Shown here piece after piece: positions 40,986 through 51,785 of a DNA stretch of 64,000 nucleotides. Within the stretch, counting starts at the first letter, position 1; every line of letters begins with the position of its first letter. This DNA is from Planctomycetota bacterium. GTDB taxonomy: Bacteria; Planctomycetota; UBA8108; SXIK01. The stretch covers positions 32,001 to 96,000 of the forward strand of contig CBDCXR010000004.1 of NCBI GenBank assembly GCA_965223845.1, read 5' to 3'. A program made the translations under genes and the position numbers. Below the pieces are notes generated by a model. It saw only the letters and a program-made list of their open reading frames with translations, had not been told where the DNA came from and did not search any database.

Positions 40986-42021
40986 CCTCCGGAGCACGAT
41001 CGCGTCGCGGGCGATCCGCTTTCTCGGCGACAGCGTGCCGAACCCATTTCCGAAGCTCGTTGCGCGCGGGGCTGGGGCGGAGGATCCACGCGTCGTTGTG
41101 ATTGCGAAATCCTGTCGTCCGGAAGCGGATCTTCAGCTCGATGCCGGCAGCCTCGAGATAGTTGCGCGTCGCTTCGAGCGAGATGCGGCGGTTCGAGGAG
41201 TTTTCGTGGAGGACGAACTGCGGCCGGTTTCCGAGTCGGCGGAGCCTCTCGAGCGCTGAGTTTCGATCGGCGCCGGGGTACGGCCAACTCTCGGCGACAC
41301 CGTCGTAGTGACTGTACGGAACGAACGCTCGCCAGATGCGCGCGATGTCGTCGTCGTAGAGTCCGATGAAGTTGCAGGCGATCGCGCCGCGCGAAAACCC
41401 CGTGAGGATGACTCGTTCCGGATCGCCGCCGTAGCGAGCGCAGATCCAGGGCACCGTCTTCTTGGCGTAGCGGACGGTGGGGCGGGCGTCGTACTCGGGC
41501 GGCGTTCCCCACCAGGATCGTACGTTCTTCTCGCCCGCGGCGTCGAGATACGGAAGGCAGAGCCAGAGATAGCCCTCGCCGGCGGAGATTCCGTACCCGA
41601 GTTTGCTCCCTTCGACGAGACCCGTGCTCACGTCGCCGAAGGCATTCCGGTAGGGACCGTTTCCGGCGAGCTCGACGATGACGGGGAAGCGCCGTCCAGG
41701 CTTCCAATCGGTGGGTAGATAGAGGACGTGGTAAACGCCCGTCGTCCGCCAATCGGGATGGGTTTCCTTCACTCGTTCGCCGGCGGCGGGGGTTCCCTCC
41801 GAGAGTCCGGGAACCGTTAGGTCCGCGGGGACCGAGCGAAGATCGAGAGCGCCCCCCCGGCGTTCGTCGCTCTTTGCGGCGGCGCCGAACGCCGCCAACG
41901 CGATCGCGGCGGCGATGGATGGAATCGTCCACCCTCGAAGCGAAGGGATCGCGGAGCGCTCGACCGACCCGGTCGCCCGTCCACGCGTGCCATCGCCTCC
42001 GCCGTCGCCGGTCGCCATCAT
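40969..42021 (-). CDS. Secreted alpha/beta-hydrolase-fold protein
   Basis: LYLPTDW, GFSRGA nucleophile elbow, HNDAW; ATG overlaps the upstream TGA. Start uncertain. Confidence 0.8.
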   Translation of the reverse strand: MMATGDGGGDGTRGRATGSVERSAIPSLRGWTIPSIAAAIALAAFGAAAKSDERRGGALDLRSVPADLTVPGLSEGTPAAGERVKETHPDWRTTGVYHVLYLPTDWKPGRRFPVIVELAGNGPYRNAFGDVSTGLVEGSKLGYGISAGEGYLWLCLPYLDAAGEKNVRSWWGTPPEYDARPTVRYAKKTVPWICARYGGDPERVILTGFSRGAIACNFIGLYDDDIARIWRAFVPYSHYDGVAESWPYPGADRNSALERLRRLGNRPQFVLHENSSNRRISLEATRNYLEAAGIELKIRFRTTGFRNHNDAWILRPSPARNELRKWVRHAVAEKADRPRRDRAPEATRRP

Positions 42022-42155
42022 TCGCGTCCGGTTAACGTCGTCGCCGCATCGACGAAGCAAAGCTGATTCCCGAAGGGATTTTCGCCGCCGTAGAATCGGG
42101 CTGCGTCGGCGATGTCGGAAACGGGGAGAATCACACCGAAGAGATGCGGGGCCAT
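42018..42155 (-). pseudogene. Internally deleted VOC/glyoxalase gene (45 aa)
   Basis: MAPHLFGVILPVSDIADAARFY (VOC N-terminus) joined directly to NPFGNQLCFVD (VOC C-terminus); GAGGA RBS. Confidence 0.7.
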
Positions 42156-42169
42156 CGAATCCTCGCGGA

Positions 42170-43726
42170 CTAGCGAACTACACGCGAAAGTTCGCCGGTG
42201 AGTTTCGAATCTTCCAGGGTTCCGTCGAAGCGCATCGGCACTTTGCGCGCGCCGAACTCGAACGTCACTTCGAACGTGAGTCGGTGGCTGTCCAGGCGGA
42301 CGCTCCGCAGTGCGAGTGAGTCTCCCTCGGACGTCGTCCAAGTGCCGGAGCCGTCCGCTGCAAACTCGAGCTTCATGGTGCGGGATCCGAGACTGAGCGC
42401 CCAGCGGCCGTGAAGTCCCTCGCCCGGCGTTTCTCGCGTCCCCGAAATGCGTCGGCGGAAGCTGCGGGGCGGAGGGCGCTTCACCCAGTCCGCGTCGTAC
42501 GCAAAAATGAACGCCGGGGCCACGCGCGGGGAGTTCGGCTTGGCGAGACGAATCACGAAACCGAGAGGGCTCGTCTCCGGTTCTCTCCAGCGTCCGTTGT
42601 GGCGGGTGCGTCCCCATCTTCGACCGAGCGCGACGATCTCGAAAGCCTCGAAGGCCGATCGATCGAGATCGTAGGTCGCGCTACCGCGGAGCTGAGTCGC
42701 GATGCCGTGGGCGCCATCTCGGCGACGACCTTGCGAGTCGGACTTCGTGCGACCGGAGAATTCGATCGTGACGCGGTTTTCTGCTCGTGCGGTGACGACG
42801 GCCTCGATGCTCGACTCGGCTACTTCGGGCGCACGGTACGCTGTCGTCTGACCGCGCACGGTGTCGACGAGGTGAAAGCGCGCGAGGCGTGCGATGAGTT
42901 TCTCGGGGATCGGGTACGATGCGCCGACCATCGGATCCGGCGGGATCCATCGACGTGCCTCCTCGCGCGAGAACCAGATCTTGTCTTGGTTCCACTTCAC
43001 TTCGGACGGCGCCTCCGGTCTGCACGCGAAGGGAAGATCGCGCGTCAGCATCGTCAAGACGAGGCCGTCCTCGGGGTAGCTGTGCTCCCAGCGATGCGTT
43101 GGGCGCACGTTAGTATCGGCGTCGAGGTATCTCTTCTCTTCGGGGAGATCTCGCCACGCGGCGAGCGCCTGCTCGAGCATCGCGAGAACTCGCTCCGGTC
43201 GGGTCGAGTTGATCGACGCGAGAAACGTCCCGCTCGGTGCGCAGACGTAGATTCCTTGGCGTGTCGACCCCGGCTGACCGCCGTAGTGTCCCTCCTCGGC
43301 CATGGCGCGAAAGAGGGCACACTCGGGATCCGTGCCGCGCTGGAGTCGCCACACTTCGTCGGCGGCGGTGACGAAGTGCTTCGCCATTTCGATCACGCGT
43401 TCGTTGGACCAGACGGACCGTCGGCCAGTTACCCCGTTGTTTCATGTGCAGCCCAGTGGATGGCCGTTCATGACCCAGAGGAGGAGCGGCTTCCGCGCGG
43501 AGCTCGCGGCGGCGATTCCCTCGTGGAACGTGACGTGCCACGGAATCTGTTCCCAGGCGAGCTCCCCTTCGGCCGGAAGGATGTGATCCCGCCACGCGGC
43601 GTAGTTCTCCGCCGTAAGGTCGATCGGCGCGCTGCGTTCGTCGGCTCGATCGGCCGGAGTCTCGCCGCAGATCGAGGGGGCTCCGGCGAGCGCGATCAAA
43701 AGAGCAAGCGCTCGGCGGCCTTGCAT
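42170..43726 (-). CDS. Putative exported thioredoxin-fold selenoprotein (in-frame TGA at 43444-43442), SelN-like
   Basis: ORFs 43442-43741 and 42170-43396 share a frame; read-through gives KPLLLWVMNGHPLGCT-U-NNGVTGRRSVWSNERVIEMAKHF, 518 aa; signal peptide; SECIS-like hairpin follows the TGA. Confidence 0.8.
43407..43426 (-). promoter_or_regulatory. Candidate bacterial SECIS element
   Basis: GGCCGAC-[GGTCC]-GTC(T)GGTC starting 16 nt after the UGA; loop starts with GG and the stem has a bulged U. Confidence 0.7.
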
Positions 43727-43913
43727 GGTCAAGTCTCCCATCGCTCACGGTTCGTGGTTTCGCGGGCGCCGCGAACCTTGCGCCGGAAGAACCGCGGCCG
43801 ACGCGGAAACGGTCGCTGGCGGGCGTGAGCGCGCACCCGAGCGCTGCATCTTAGACCCCCCAGCTCTCCCGGTCGTATCGGAATCCGAAGAAACGCCGGA
43901 GCTTCGAGCGCGA

Positions 43914-46900
43914 TCAGACCGGTTTTCGCCGGAAGAAGAGGTCGAAGAGAACCGGGCACAGGACGAGCGTCAAGACCGTCGCGAAGCCCAGACCGAACAT
44001 CATCGCGTTCGCCATCGAGCTCCACATCCCGCCGCCGGAAACCGCGAGCGGGAGGAGGCCGATGATCGTGGTGATGGTGGTCATCAAAATCGGTCGCAGC
44101 CGGGATTTCGCGGCGACGATGATCGCCTCGCGTTGATCGACCTGCTCTCGCAGTTGGTGGTCGATCTCGTCGATGAGAAGGATCGCATTGTTCACGATGA
44201 TCCCGAGAAGCGCGATGATCCCGAGGAGCGTCATGAATCCGAACGACGACCCCGTGGCGAGAAGTCCGGGCGTGATCCCGCAGAGCATGGGCGGGATCGT
44301 CAGTACGACGATGAGGAATCGCCGGATGCTGTTGAACTGAGCGATCAAGATCAGGGATAGGAAGGCGAAGGAGATCGGAAATACGGAGCCGATGTTCCCC
44401 TGCGCCTCGGCGCTCTCTTCCTGTTCGCCTCCGTACTCGATGCGATAGCCGTCCGGCCAGTCCGTGCGCGCGAGGAGCGCTGAGAGGCGCGGGCGGATGT
44501 CGGCGAGGGCGGCACTCGCGAAGCGACCTGTCACCTGCGCCTTGATCGTCATCGTCCTGAGCGTGTCTTCGCGAAGAATCGAACCGGGGAGCGTCACGAG
44601 CGATACCTCGGCGACCTGACTCATCGGAACCGTCGAGCCGTCGGAGCGAATCACGGGAACGTCGCTGATCCGCTCCGGATGCTCGCGAAAGCTCGCGTAC
44701 GGCCGAAGAATGATCGGGATCGCTTTGTCGTCTTCGCGAAAGCTGCTGACCGTCAGACCGCGGTACTGCAGAGCGAGAGTAGACGCGATGTCGCGCGTCG
44801 AGAGACCGAGGCGAGCCGAACGGACCGAGTCCGGATCGACCGCGAGTTGCTTGACCCACGGCCCCCAGTCGTCACGGATCTCGACGACACCTTCGACTTC
44901 GCGAAGCTGCGCCCCGATGCGATCTCGGCACTCGTAAATCTGGTTCAAGTCTTCGCCGTAGAGACGAATCTGAATCGGGTCACCGACCGGTGGACCGTTT
45001 TCGAGGGCTTTCGCGGCGACGCGTGCGTCCGGAAACGCATTGCGAGCGTGATCGCCGATTCTTCGCGTGATTCTGCGTATCTCGGTGGGATCGCCCGTCG
45101 TCGTAAGTACCGACAAGAAGGCGTAGTTCGGGTTCGCAGGCTCGGGATTGAGCGAGAGGTACCAGCGCGGCCCGCCGTTCCCGATCCACGTCGAAACACT
45201 CTCGATCTCGTTGCCGAATTCGTTCTTCAACCAGGCCTCGAACTCGGAGACCCTCGCTTCCGTGACGGCGATGTCGCGACCGAGCGGAAGCTCGAAGTCG
45301 ACGACGAACTGCCCTCGTTCGTTGGGCGGAAAGAAGATCGTCGGGACGAACCTGAACCCTGCGCCGGCGGCGATCGTCAGGGCGAGGATGGCGCCGAGGA
45401 AGATCGGCTTTCGCCGCAACGCGAAGCGGAGAGATCGTTCGTAGGTCGGAAGTCCGCGCTCGAGCGCGCGTCCGATGAACGTATCCCGCTCGAGCGGCTT
45501 GAGAAAGTAGTAACAAAAGAGCGGAATCACGCTCAGAGAGAGAAGCCAGGAGGCGAGTAGCGTGAGCGTGACGACCGCAAAGAGGCTGTACGTGAACTCG
45601 CTCACCGCTCCCGGGGCGAGCGCGATCGGAGAGAACGCCGCCACTGTCGTGCAGCTCGCCGCGAGAAGTGGAATCGCGAGCGAGCCGACCGCCTCGGTGC
45701 ACGCGGTTCGCCGATCCTCGCCTCGTCCGAGACGAACCAGAATCTGCTCGCTGACGACGACCGCGTTGTCGACGAGCAGGCCGAGAGCGATGATCAGCGC
45801 GGCGATCGACATCATCTCGAGCTGAACATCGAGGACCGGCATGAACGCGAAGCAAAGGAGCACCGCGGACGGAACGAGCATCGCCACGACGAGCGCGATT
45901 CTCCAGCCCGCGAACAGGAGCATCACGAAAGCCACGAATCCGAACGCCTGCCCGAGGTTGATCACGAAATCACGAATCGACTTCGCGACGTATTTCGGTT
46001 GGAAAAACACCGTTTCGATGTCGAGGCCGAGCGGAAGCTCGCTCTGAATCTGTTCGAGTCGGTTGGCGACTCGCTCGCCGACTTCCGTGACGATGCCTCC
46101 TTTCACCATCGACACCGCCAGGCAGATCACGCGCTCTCCGTCGTAGTGTGCGATCGATCGCGGCGGATCTTCGTAGTCGCGTCTCACGTCTGCGAAATCG
46201 GAGAGGACGACAGAGCTTTGCTCTCCCGGCATCGCGAGTCGGTAGCTCCGGAGCTCGTCGAGGCTTTCGAACTCTCCGAGCGTCGCCACGTCGACTCGCT
46301 CCTCGCCGATCGTCATCGTGCCGCTGGACGCCACGGCATTCTGGTCCTGAATGCTGTAGACGAGTCCGAGCGGAGAGATCGAGCGAGCGCTGAATTCCGA
46401 CGTGGAGAACTCGATGTAGATGCGCTCGTCGAGCACTCCGTGGAATTCGACTTTCGCGACGTCCTTCATCTCGAGGAGGTCATCGCGAATTCCTTCGGCG
46501 TAGTCGAGGAGCTCGCGGGCGGTGAACCCATCGCCTCGGAGCGCGTAGATGTAAGGAAAAACGTCTCCGAACTCGTCGTCGACGCGCGGAACGCCGGCGC
46601 CGTCCGGAAGCTCCGTCGCGGCGACCTTGTTTCGGAGCCGTTGCCAGACGGGCTCGAGCTCGAAGAGATGCTCTTCGAGCTCGACGGAGATGATGGAGAA
46701 GCCGTTTCGAGAGGTGGACTTGACCTCTTTCACTTCCTCCATCTGACGCACTGCCTGCTCGAGAGGCTCCGTGACCTCCTGCTCGACCTGCACGGCGGTT
46801 CGACCGGCGTACGAAGTCAGGATCTGCGCGGTGCGGATCGTGAACTCCGGATACTCGAGGCGTCCGATCGAGAAGTACGTGGAGATCCCGACCGAGAGAA

Positions 46901-46961
46901 GAACCGCGTAGAGAACCAGGGTGGTGCGGTTGTATCGGAGCGAGAGGCGTGCGAGGTTCAT
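43914..46961 (-). CDS. RND efflux permease (AcrB/AcrD/AcrF family)
   Basis: GRLEYPEFTIR, ALIIALGLLVDNAVVVSE, RLRPILMTT. Confidence 0.95.
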   Translation of the reverse strand: MNLARLSLRYNRTTLVLYAVLLSVGISTYFSIGRLEYPEFTIRTAQILTSYAGRTAVQVEQEVTEPLEQAVRQMEEVKEVKSTSRNGFSIISVELEEHLFELEPVWQRLRNKVAATELPDGAGVPRVDDEFGDVFPYIYALRGDGFTARELLDYAEGIRDDLLEMKDVAKVEFHGVLDERIYIEFSTSEFSARSISPLGLVYSIQDQNAVASSGTMTIGEERVDVATLGEFESLDELRSYRLAMPGEQSSVVLSDFADVRRDYEDPPRSIAHYDGERVICLAVSMVKGGIVTEVGERVANRLEQIQSELPLGLDIETVFFQPKYVAKSIRDFVINLGQAFGFVAFVMLLFAGWRIALVVAMLVPSAVLLCFAFMPVLDVQLEMMSIAALIIALGLLVDNAVVVSEQILVRLGRGEDRRTACTEAVGSLAIPLLAASCTTVAAFSPIALAPGAVSEFTYSLFAVVTLTLLASWLLSLSVIPLFCYYFLKPLERDTFIGRALERGLPTYERSLRFALRRKPIFLGAILALTIAAGAGFRFVPTIFFPPNERGQFVVDFELPLGRDIAVTEARVSEFEAWLKNEFGNEIESVSTWIGNGGPRWYLSLNPEPANPNYAFLSVLTTTGDPTEIRRITRRIGDHARNAFPDARVAAKALENGPPVGDPIQIRLYGEDLNQIYECRDRIGAQLREVEGVVEIRDDWGPWVKQLAVDPDSVRSARLGLSTRDIASTLALQYRGLTVSSFREDDKAIPIILRPYASFREHPERISDVPVIRSDGSTVPMSQVAEVSLVTLPGSILREDTLRTMTIKAQVTGRFASAALADIRPRLSALLARTDWPDGYRIEYGGEQEESAEAQGNIGSVFPISFAFLSLILIAQFNSIRRFLIVVLTIPPMLCGITPGLLATGSSFGFMTLLGIIALLGIIVNNAILLIDEIDHQLREQVDQREAIIVAAKSRLRPILMTTITTIIGLLPLAVSGGGMWSSMANAMMFGLGFATVLTLVLCPVLFDLFFRRKPV

Positions 46962-46968
46962 GCGCGAG

Positions 46969-48009
46969 TCACTCGTAGCGAACCGTCATTCCCGGTTCGA
47001 CTCGATGCACGCCGCGCGAGACGATACGCGTGCCTGGCTCGAGTCCCGATCGAATTTCGACTCTTCCCCCGCTCCGCAGCTCGCCGGTGGTGATGATTCG
47101 CTTCGAGAGCGTCCCGGTGCCCGCTCCCGTCGGTTCGAGAACCCAGACGTAGCGTTCGCCGTCGGGGGCGCCGACGACGCACACTGACGGCACTGCCGTC
47201 GTCGGGCCTTCCGGGTTGGGAAGCTCGATCGTCGCCTCGCCATCGAGTCCCGCGCGAAGATCTTCGTCGTCACTCTTGAGCGAGAGCGTGATCGCGTAAG
47301 TGGTGTCAGCCGACGCACGAGTCGCGATCTTGAAGACCGCTGCGGCGTACACTTCGCCATTGTCGCCGCCGAGACGAACCTCGGCGGAATCGCCGATCTT
47401 GAGAAGGCCGACGACGTCTCGAGGAACGCCGATCTCCATTTCCATCTGTCCCTCGCCCTGGACTCGGAGGACGGGCGTCCCTGCGGTGACGACCTCCTGC
47501 CGCTCTCGGAGCACTTCGGCGACGAAGCCCGGATAGGGCATGGTCAGCACGCCATCGTCGACGCGCTTCTTTGCGGTGCGGAGCGCGGCCGCCGCCGAGC
47601 TCTGTGTCGCGATCGCGCTGTCGAGCTGCGCCTTGCTCGCGTTTCCGCGTTCGAAGAGCTGTTGGACTCGCTTGAGCTCTTGTTCGGCGCGCGTCGACTC
47701 GGCCTCGGCTCGAGTGAGGTCCGATCGATACGTCGAAACGTCGAGGCGGGCGAGTTCGGCATCCTTCTCGTACCGGCGACCGCGCACGGCGATGAGCTCG
47801 ATGATGCGTCCGCCGACTTCGAATCCGAGCTCGGCCGAGTCCGCCGCGCTCGTAACGCCCGAGAAACTTCGCACGATCTTCGGCGACGGCGGAGCAACTT
47901 CATGAGTGATCACTAAGCGCGGTGGGGCGGGCTCGATCGGCGGCGGCTCACAAGCGACGAGGGCGACAGTCCCGAGCAGAAGGAACATCGTTTCGATCCG
48001 TCGATTCAT
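46969..48009 (-). CDS. RND periplasmic adaptor lipoprotein
   Basis: LVAC lipobox, LGFEVGGRI, hairpin helices, LTMPYPG; ATG overlaps the upstream stop. Confidence 0.92.
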   Translation of the reverse strand: MNRRIETMFLLLGTVALVACEPPPIEPAPPRLVITHEVAPPSPKIVRSFSGVTSAADSAELGFEVGGRIIELIAVRGRRYEKDAELARLDVSTYRSDLTRAEAESTRAEQELKRVQQLFERGNASKAQLDSAIATQSSAAAALRTAKKRVDDGVLTMPYPGFVAEVLRERQEVVTAGTPVLRVQGEGQMEMEIGVPRDVVGLLKIGDSAEVRLGGDNGEVYAAAVFKIATRASADTTYAITLSLKSDDEDLRAGLDGEATIELPNPEGPTTAVPSVCVVGAPDGERYVWVLEPTGAGTGTLSKRIITTGELRSGGRVEIRSGLEPGTRIVSRGVHRVEPGMTVRYE

Positions 48010-50429
48010 CGCGTCGACTCCAGATAGATGCGCAGCCGTTCCGCCCAGGCGGCTTTCTCTTCGAAAGATTTGGAAAACTCGAACCACGCGATGGCGCGCT
48101 GCATCGAAACGATGTCGCGGAGGTACTGGTAGCCTGCGAGCGCTTCGTTCTGCTTCTGCGTGAGAAGCTCACCTTGCGCGTCGAGAAGGTCGAGAATGGT
48201 GGCCGCTCCCTGCTGGTATTTCGCCTGGACGGCTTCGAAGTTGTCGCTCGCGGCCTGCAGGGCCCGGCGGCTGAAGAGCATCGCCGGATGGCTCGCGCCG
48301 ATGCCGTGTCCCGCTGCGAGCGCTCGCTGTTCGATGAGAAGCAGTGCGCGGTCGCGCTGGGCCGAAAGTCGATCGCGGACGCTTCGAATCTGTCCGGATT
48401 CTGCGCTTCGCTTGCCGTCGAAGAGCGGGATCACGAAGGCCACACCGACGCTCCATTCGTTCTGAGAATCGGACGGAATCTGGTGCGCGCCCTGAAGAAC
48501 TCGCTGGAATCCGCCGATCGCGCTGATTTCGGGGACGAAGTTCCGACGGCGGCGCTCCCGGAGGAGAACTCCCTGGGCGGCGATGGTCTTCTCGAAGGCC
48601 TGGATCTCCGGAGCGCGGTCGCGCGACTCCGAGCGGAGAAACTCGATGAAGCGGCGAAAGCTGGCGAGATCGTTCACGAGCGTCGAGAGAGGCTCGTTCA
48701 TGAAATAGAAGTCGTCGTCCTCGAGCCGGATGTCGCGGAGGTTCCAGTATCGTCCGCGCTCGACGCCCAGCGCCACGTTGAGCGTGACTCGGGCGGTCCG
48801 CCGAGTCGAATCGCGCCGGAAGAGATTCGAGCTCGCTTGCGCGAGACTCGCTTCCCAGCGAAAGATTTCGACTGCCTCACCGGCGCCGACGTCCCGCCTT
48901 AGCTTGGCGAGTTGAAGGTTGTTCTCAATGAGTTGAAGGTTCTCCTTCTCGATCGCATAGAGAGCTTCGGCGGAAAGTACATCGAGGAATGCGAGCGCCG
49001 CGGCTTCGATCGTATCGAGCCGGACGGACTCCTCGTCGAGCCGCGCCGCCTCGGCCGTGAGGCGTTGAGCTTTGATCTGACTTCCCAGTCGATCGCTGAA
49101 GAGCAACTGCCGAATCTCGACCCCGAGCGATAGCGAGTGCGCGTGAACGGGCGTCAAGGCCGGAGAGATCACTTCCGTCACTCCGGACGCCGCCGATTGC
49201 CCCGTGACGTCGAGGTTCGGGAGGTAGTTCGCACGAACGACTCTCGCCGCTTGTTCTTCGGCGCGCGCTTGCGCGATCGCGGCGGCGACGTCTGGGTGCA
49301 TCCGCTCGCCGATCTCCATGGCCCGCTCGAGCGAGATCTCTTCGGCGTCCGGATGGAGAGCCTCCTCGAAGAGGAATCGCGCGGCGAGCGACGTCTCGTA
49401 GTCTGGTGACCAGCCGAGTGCGGTCGCGGTCTTCATGTTGATGACGAGCTGATCGTCCGCGCGAAGGAGGACGGGAAGAAGCTCGGTCGGCACTCCCGAG
49501 AGGATTTGATGCAAATTGAGCGCGATGCGGCGGAAGAGAGCCGATCTGTTGTCGCTCGCCAGTCCAGCGAACGCTCCGATCTCTACGTCACGGACACCCA
49601 AAATGGAGAGGGACTGAATTCCCTTCTCGCTCAGCGCCGCGAACAGCCGCGCGCGAAACTCAGGCTCGACGCCCGATAGAATCGGGACGTACACCGCCTT
49701 TGCGTCGGCCGGTAGTGCGGCGACCGACTCCTCTGCCGTATCGCCGCGGGGGAACGCCAGGAGCTCGACTCCGAGCTTGGTAGCGAGAGCGTCGATCTGC
49801 GGGCGATAGATTCCTTCGAGCGCTTGAAACGCAAATCGATCGACGATCGCGTAGACCGCATCGGCGCCGGAGAGCTGGACGAGCCGCTCGAGGTCGGCCT
49901 CGATGCGCCGAGGGCTTTGGATGAACGTGTAGTTGGGAGTGGTCGATCCGCCTTCGGGGGAGATTCGATCGCCACTCACGTCGATGAATTCGACCGCGCC
50001 GCCGACGATCGGTTTCGTGCGGTCCTCGACCGGGAGCTCTGCGGCGCGGTAGGTGGAGACGAAGCCCGCGGTGTAGATGACGGAGACGTCGGGAGCCTGA
50101 AGCGCTTCACGAAGCACGGCCTCGACGCGATCCGGATCCCCGTTCGCGTTGAACGTATCGCGAAGCTCGTAGCGGTACTGGTCGGCAGCGAGCGCGTCGA
50201 GCTCCGCGCGAAACCCTCTGATGACGGCATCGAAATACGGCGAATCCCGGTCTCGGACGACCGCGATGACGTTCGTGGCGAGGTCTGCCGGCTCGGCCTC
50301 TGCGTCGTCCGCCTGCGCGAAGAGAGCGGCACGATTCGTGAGCGGAACTAGCGGGGAGAGACCGAGCGAGAAAAACGCGATCAACCATAACGACGCGAGC
50401 TGTCGAGATGTTCGCACGGTACGCTCCAT
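48006..50429 (-). CDS. TolC family protein with N-terminal ABC substrate-binding-like domain
   Basis: N-half ends in LVINMKTATALG (ABC_sub_bind-like); C-half TolC repeats (YLPNLDV, FVPEISA, KYQQGAATILDLLDAQ). Confidence 0.88.
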   Translation of the reverse strand: MERTVRTSRQLASLWLIAFFSLGLSPLVPLTNRAALFAQADDAEAEPADLATNVIAVVRDRDSPYFDAVIRGFRAELDALAADQYRYELRDTFNANGDPDRVEAVLREALQAPDVSVIYTAGFVSTYRAAELPVEDRTKPIVGGAVEFIDVSGDRISPEGGSTTPNYTFIQSPRRIEADLERLVQLSGADAVYAIVDRFAFQALEGIYRPQIDALATKLGVELLAFPRGDTAEESVAALPADAKAVYVPILSGVEPEFRARLFAALSEKGIQSLSILGVRDVEIGAFAGLASDNRSALFRRIALNLHQILSGVPTELLPVLLRADDQLVINMKTATALGWSPDYETSLAARFLFEEALHPDAEEISLERAMEIGERMHPDVAAAIAQARAEEQAARVVRANYLPNLDVTGQSAASGVTEVISPALTPVHAHSLSLGVEIRQLLFSDRLGSQIKAQRLTAEAARLDEESVRLDTIEAAALAFLDVLSAEALYAIEKENLQLIENNLQLAKLRRDVGAGEAVEIFRWEASLAQASSNLFRRDSTRRTARVTLNVALGVERGRYWNLRDIRLEDDDFYFMNEPLSTLVNDLASFRRFIEFLRSESRDRAPEIQAFEKTIAAQGVLLRERRRRNFVPEISAIGGFQRVLQGAHQIPSDSQNEWSVGVAFVIPLFDGKRSAESGQIRSVRDRLSAQRDRALLLIEQRALAAGHGIGASHPAMLFSRRALQAASDNFEAVQAKYQQGAATILDLLDAQGELLTQKQNEALAGYQYLRDIVSMQRAIAWFEFSKSFEEKAAWAERLRIYLESTR

Positions 50430-51070
50430 GATCCTAGCCCGGACAGTATCAGAATTCGGTTCTACCCGAGACACCGCGTCGAGTTCTACCCGGGATCGCG
50501 AGAGTGAACTCACGTGAACGCGAACCGAGGTGATCGGTTCTCGAGAGATCGATCCAGCCGCGATCGTGAATCGCCCGTGAAGGACAATTGAACTGGCGTC
50601 CATCCGAGTCAGGGGTGCGAAGCTCGAACTGGGTGGGACGAATGGGAGGGTAGGTCGATCCCACGCCGAAGTTGGCGACGTTATCGGAGCGTCACGCCTC
50701 GCGTACGGACTCGACTTAGCGCTGCGCGTCGAACAGCGGGAGCGAACCGTCGCTAGCGAAAGCGGTCAGGGGAAGAGTGCGTCTCGTTCGATTTCGCCGT
50801 GGCGCGGAGACGATGAGCAACTCTCTTCGAAAGCTGCTCGATGAAACGTCGGCGCCTGTGCGTTCTAACCGCCGGAGAGTCGAGAGTCGCCGGGGGTTGA
50901 GAGACCTAGGCCGAGCGGCTCGCTGAAGAAGAGGGCCCGAAACGGTGATAGGATCGGTCGACGAGCGAGACGGCCGGCGAGTCCGACGGATTGAACTCGC
51001 ACCGTCGAATCAAGCGGGTTGAAAGTGCGGCGCGGTTGATCCTCCCGTTCCCCGTCGAGAGAGCACGATC

Positions 51071-51760
51071 ATGGAACACGAAAACACCCGTCCGATGCCA
51101 GAAGATCAGCTCGAGGAGATCGAACGGAAACTCAAGGCGGCGGAGTTGGCCAAGCTCGAGGCAGAGACGGATGCCATCCGCCGGAACAAGCCGATGACCC
51201 TGACCGTGCTTTTCGGTTTTCTCGGCGCGTTTAGCGGGTTCGGCGCCTGGATGATCAACGAATTCAAGCAGTACAGCGAGGGGCACATGGCGCTGAGAGA
51301 AGTCGAAGAGCTCGAGCAAGAGAAGAACAGCCTCCAGGGCGAAGTCACCATGATCCTCGGCCTCAAGGCTCACTACCGAGAAGAGGCGGAGCGTTTGCGG
51401 CGCGAGACGACCGAGAAGCAAGACGTGATCGACAAGGCTTATCTCAAAGCACTCTTCGCGAAGTCCGAGGCGCTCTACGCGTTTAAGCACGTGGAAGTGC
51501 TGGAGGACCCGGAAGCTCGCGCAAGGGTCGCCGAAGACATGCTGAAAGTTGCGCGGGAAGCGATCTCCGACCTCGGCGACGCGCTTCCGCTCATTCCCGC
51601 ATCGGATTGGGCTCGAGATATGCGGTACGCTCCGTCCGGAGCATTCGGCGGCAACAGCTACATCTTGTATTACGAAAAGGATGACAAACGTCGCTACTAC
51701 GACGTGAAAGAGCAGCGTTTTCTGACCGACGAGGAAGAGAAGCTGATTCGCGTGCCCTGA
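51071..51760 (+). CDS. Single-pass membrane protein with coiled coil
   Basis: Heptad-rich segments either side of one TM (LTVLFGFLGAFSGFGAWMI). Confidence 0.75.
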   Translation: MEHENTRPMPEDQLEEIERKLKAAELAKLEAETDAIRRNKPMTLTVLFGFLGAFSGFGAWMINEFKQYSEGHMALREVEELEQEKNSLQGEVTMILGLKAHYREEAERLRRETTEKQDVIDKAYLKALFAKSEALYAFKHVEVLEDPEARARVAEDMLKVAREAISDLGDALPLIPASDWARDMRYAPSGAFGGNSYILYYEKDDKRRYYDVKEQRFLTDEEEKLIRVP

Positions 51761-51785
51761 CGCGAAGTTCTACGTTCTCGCCGCC

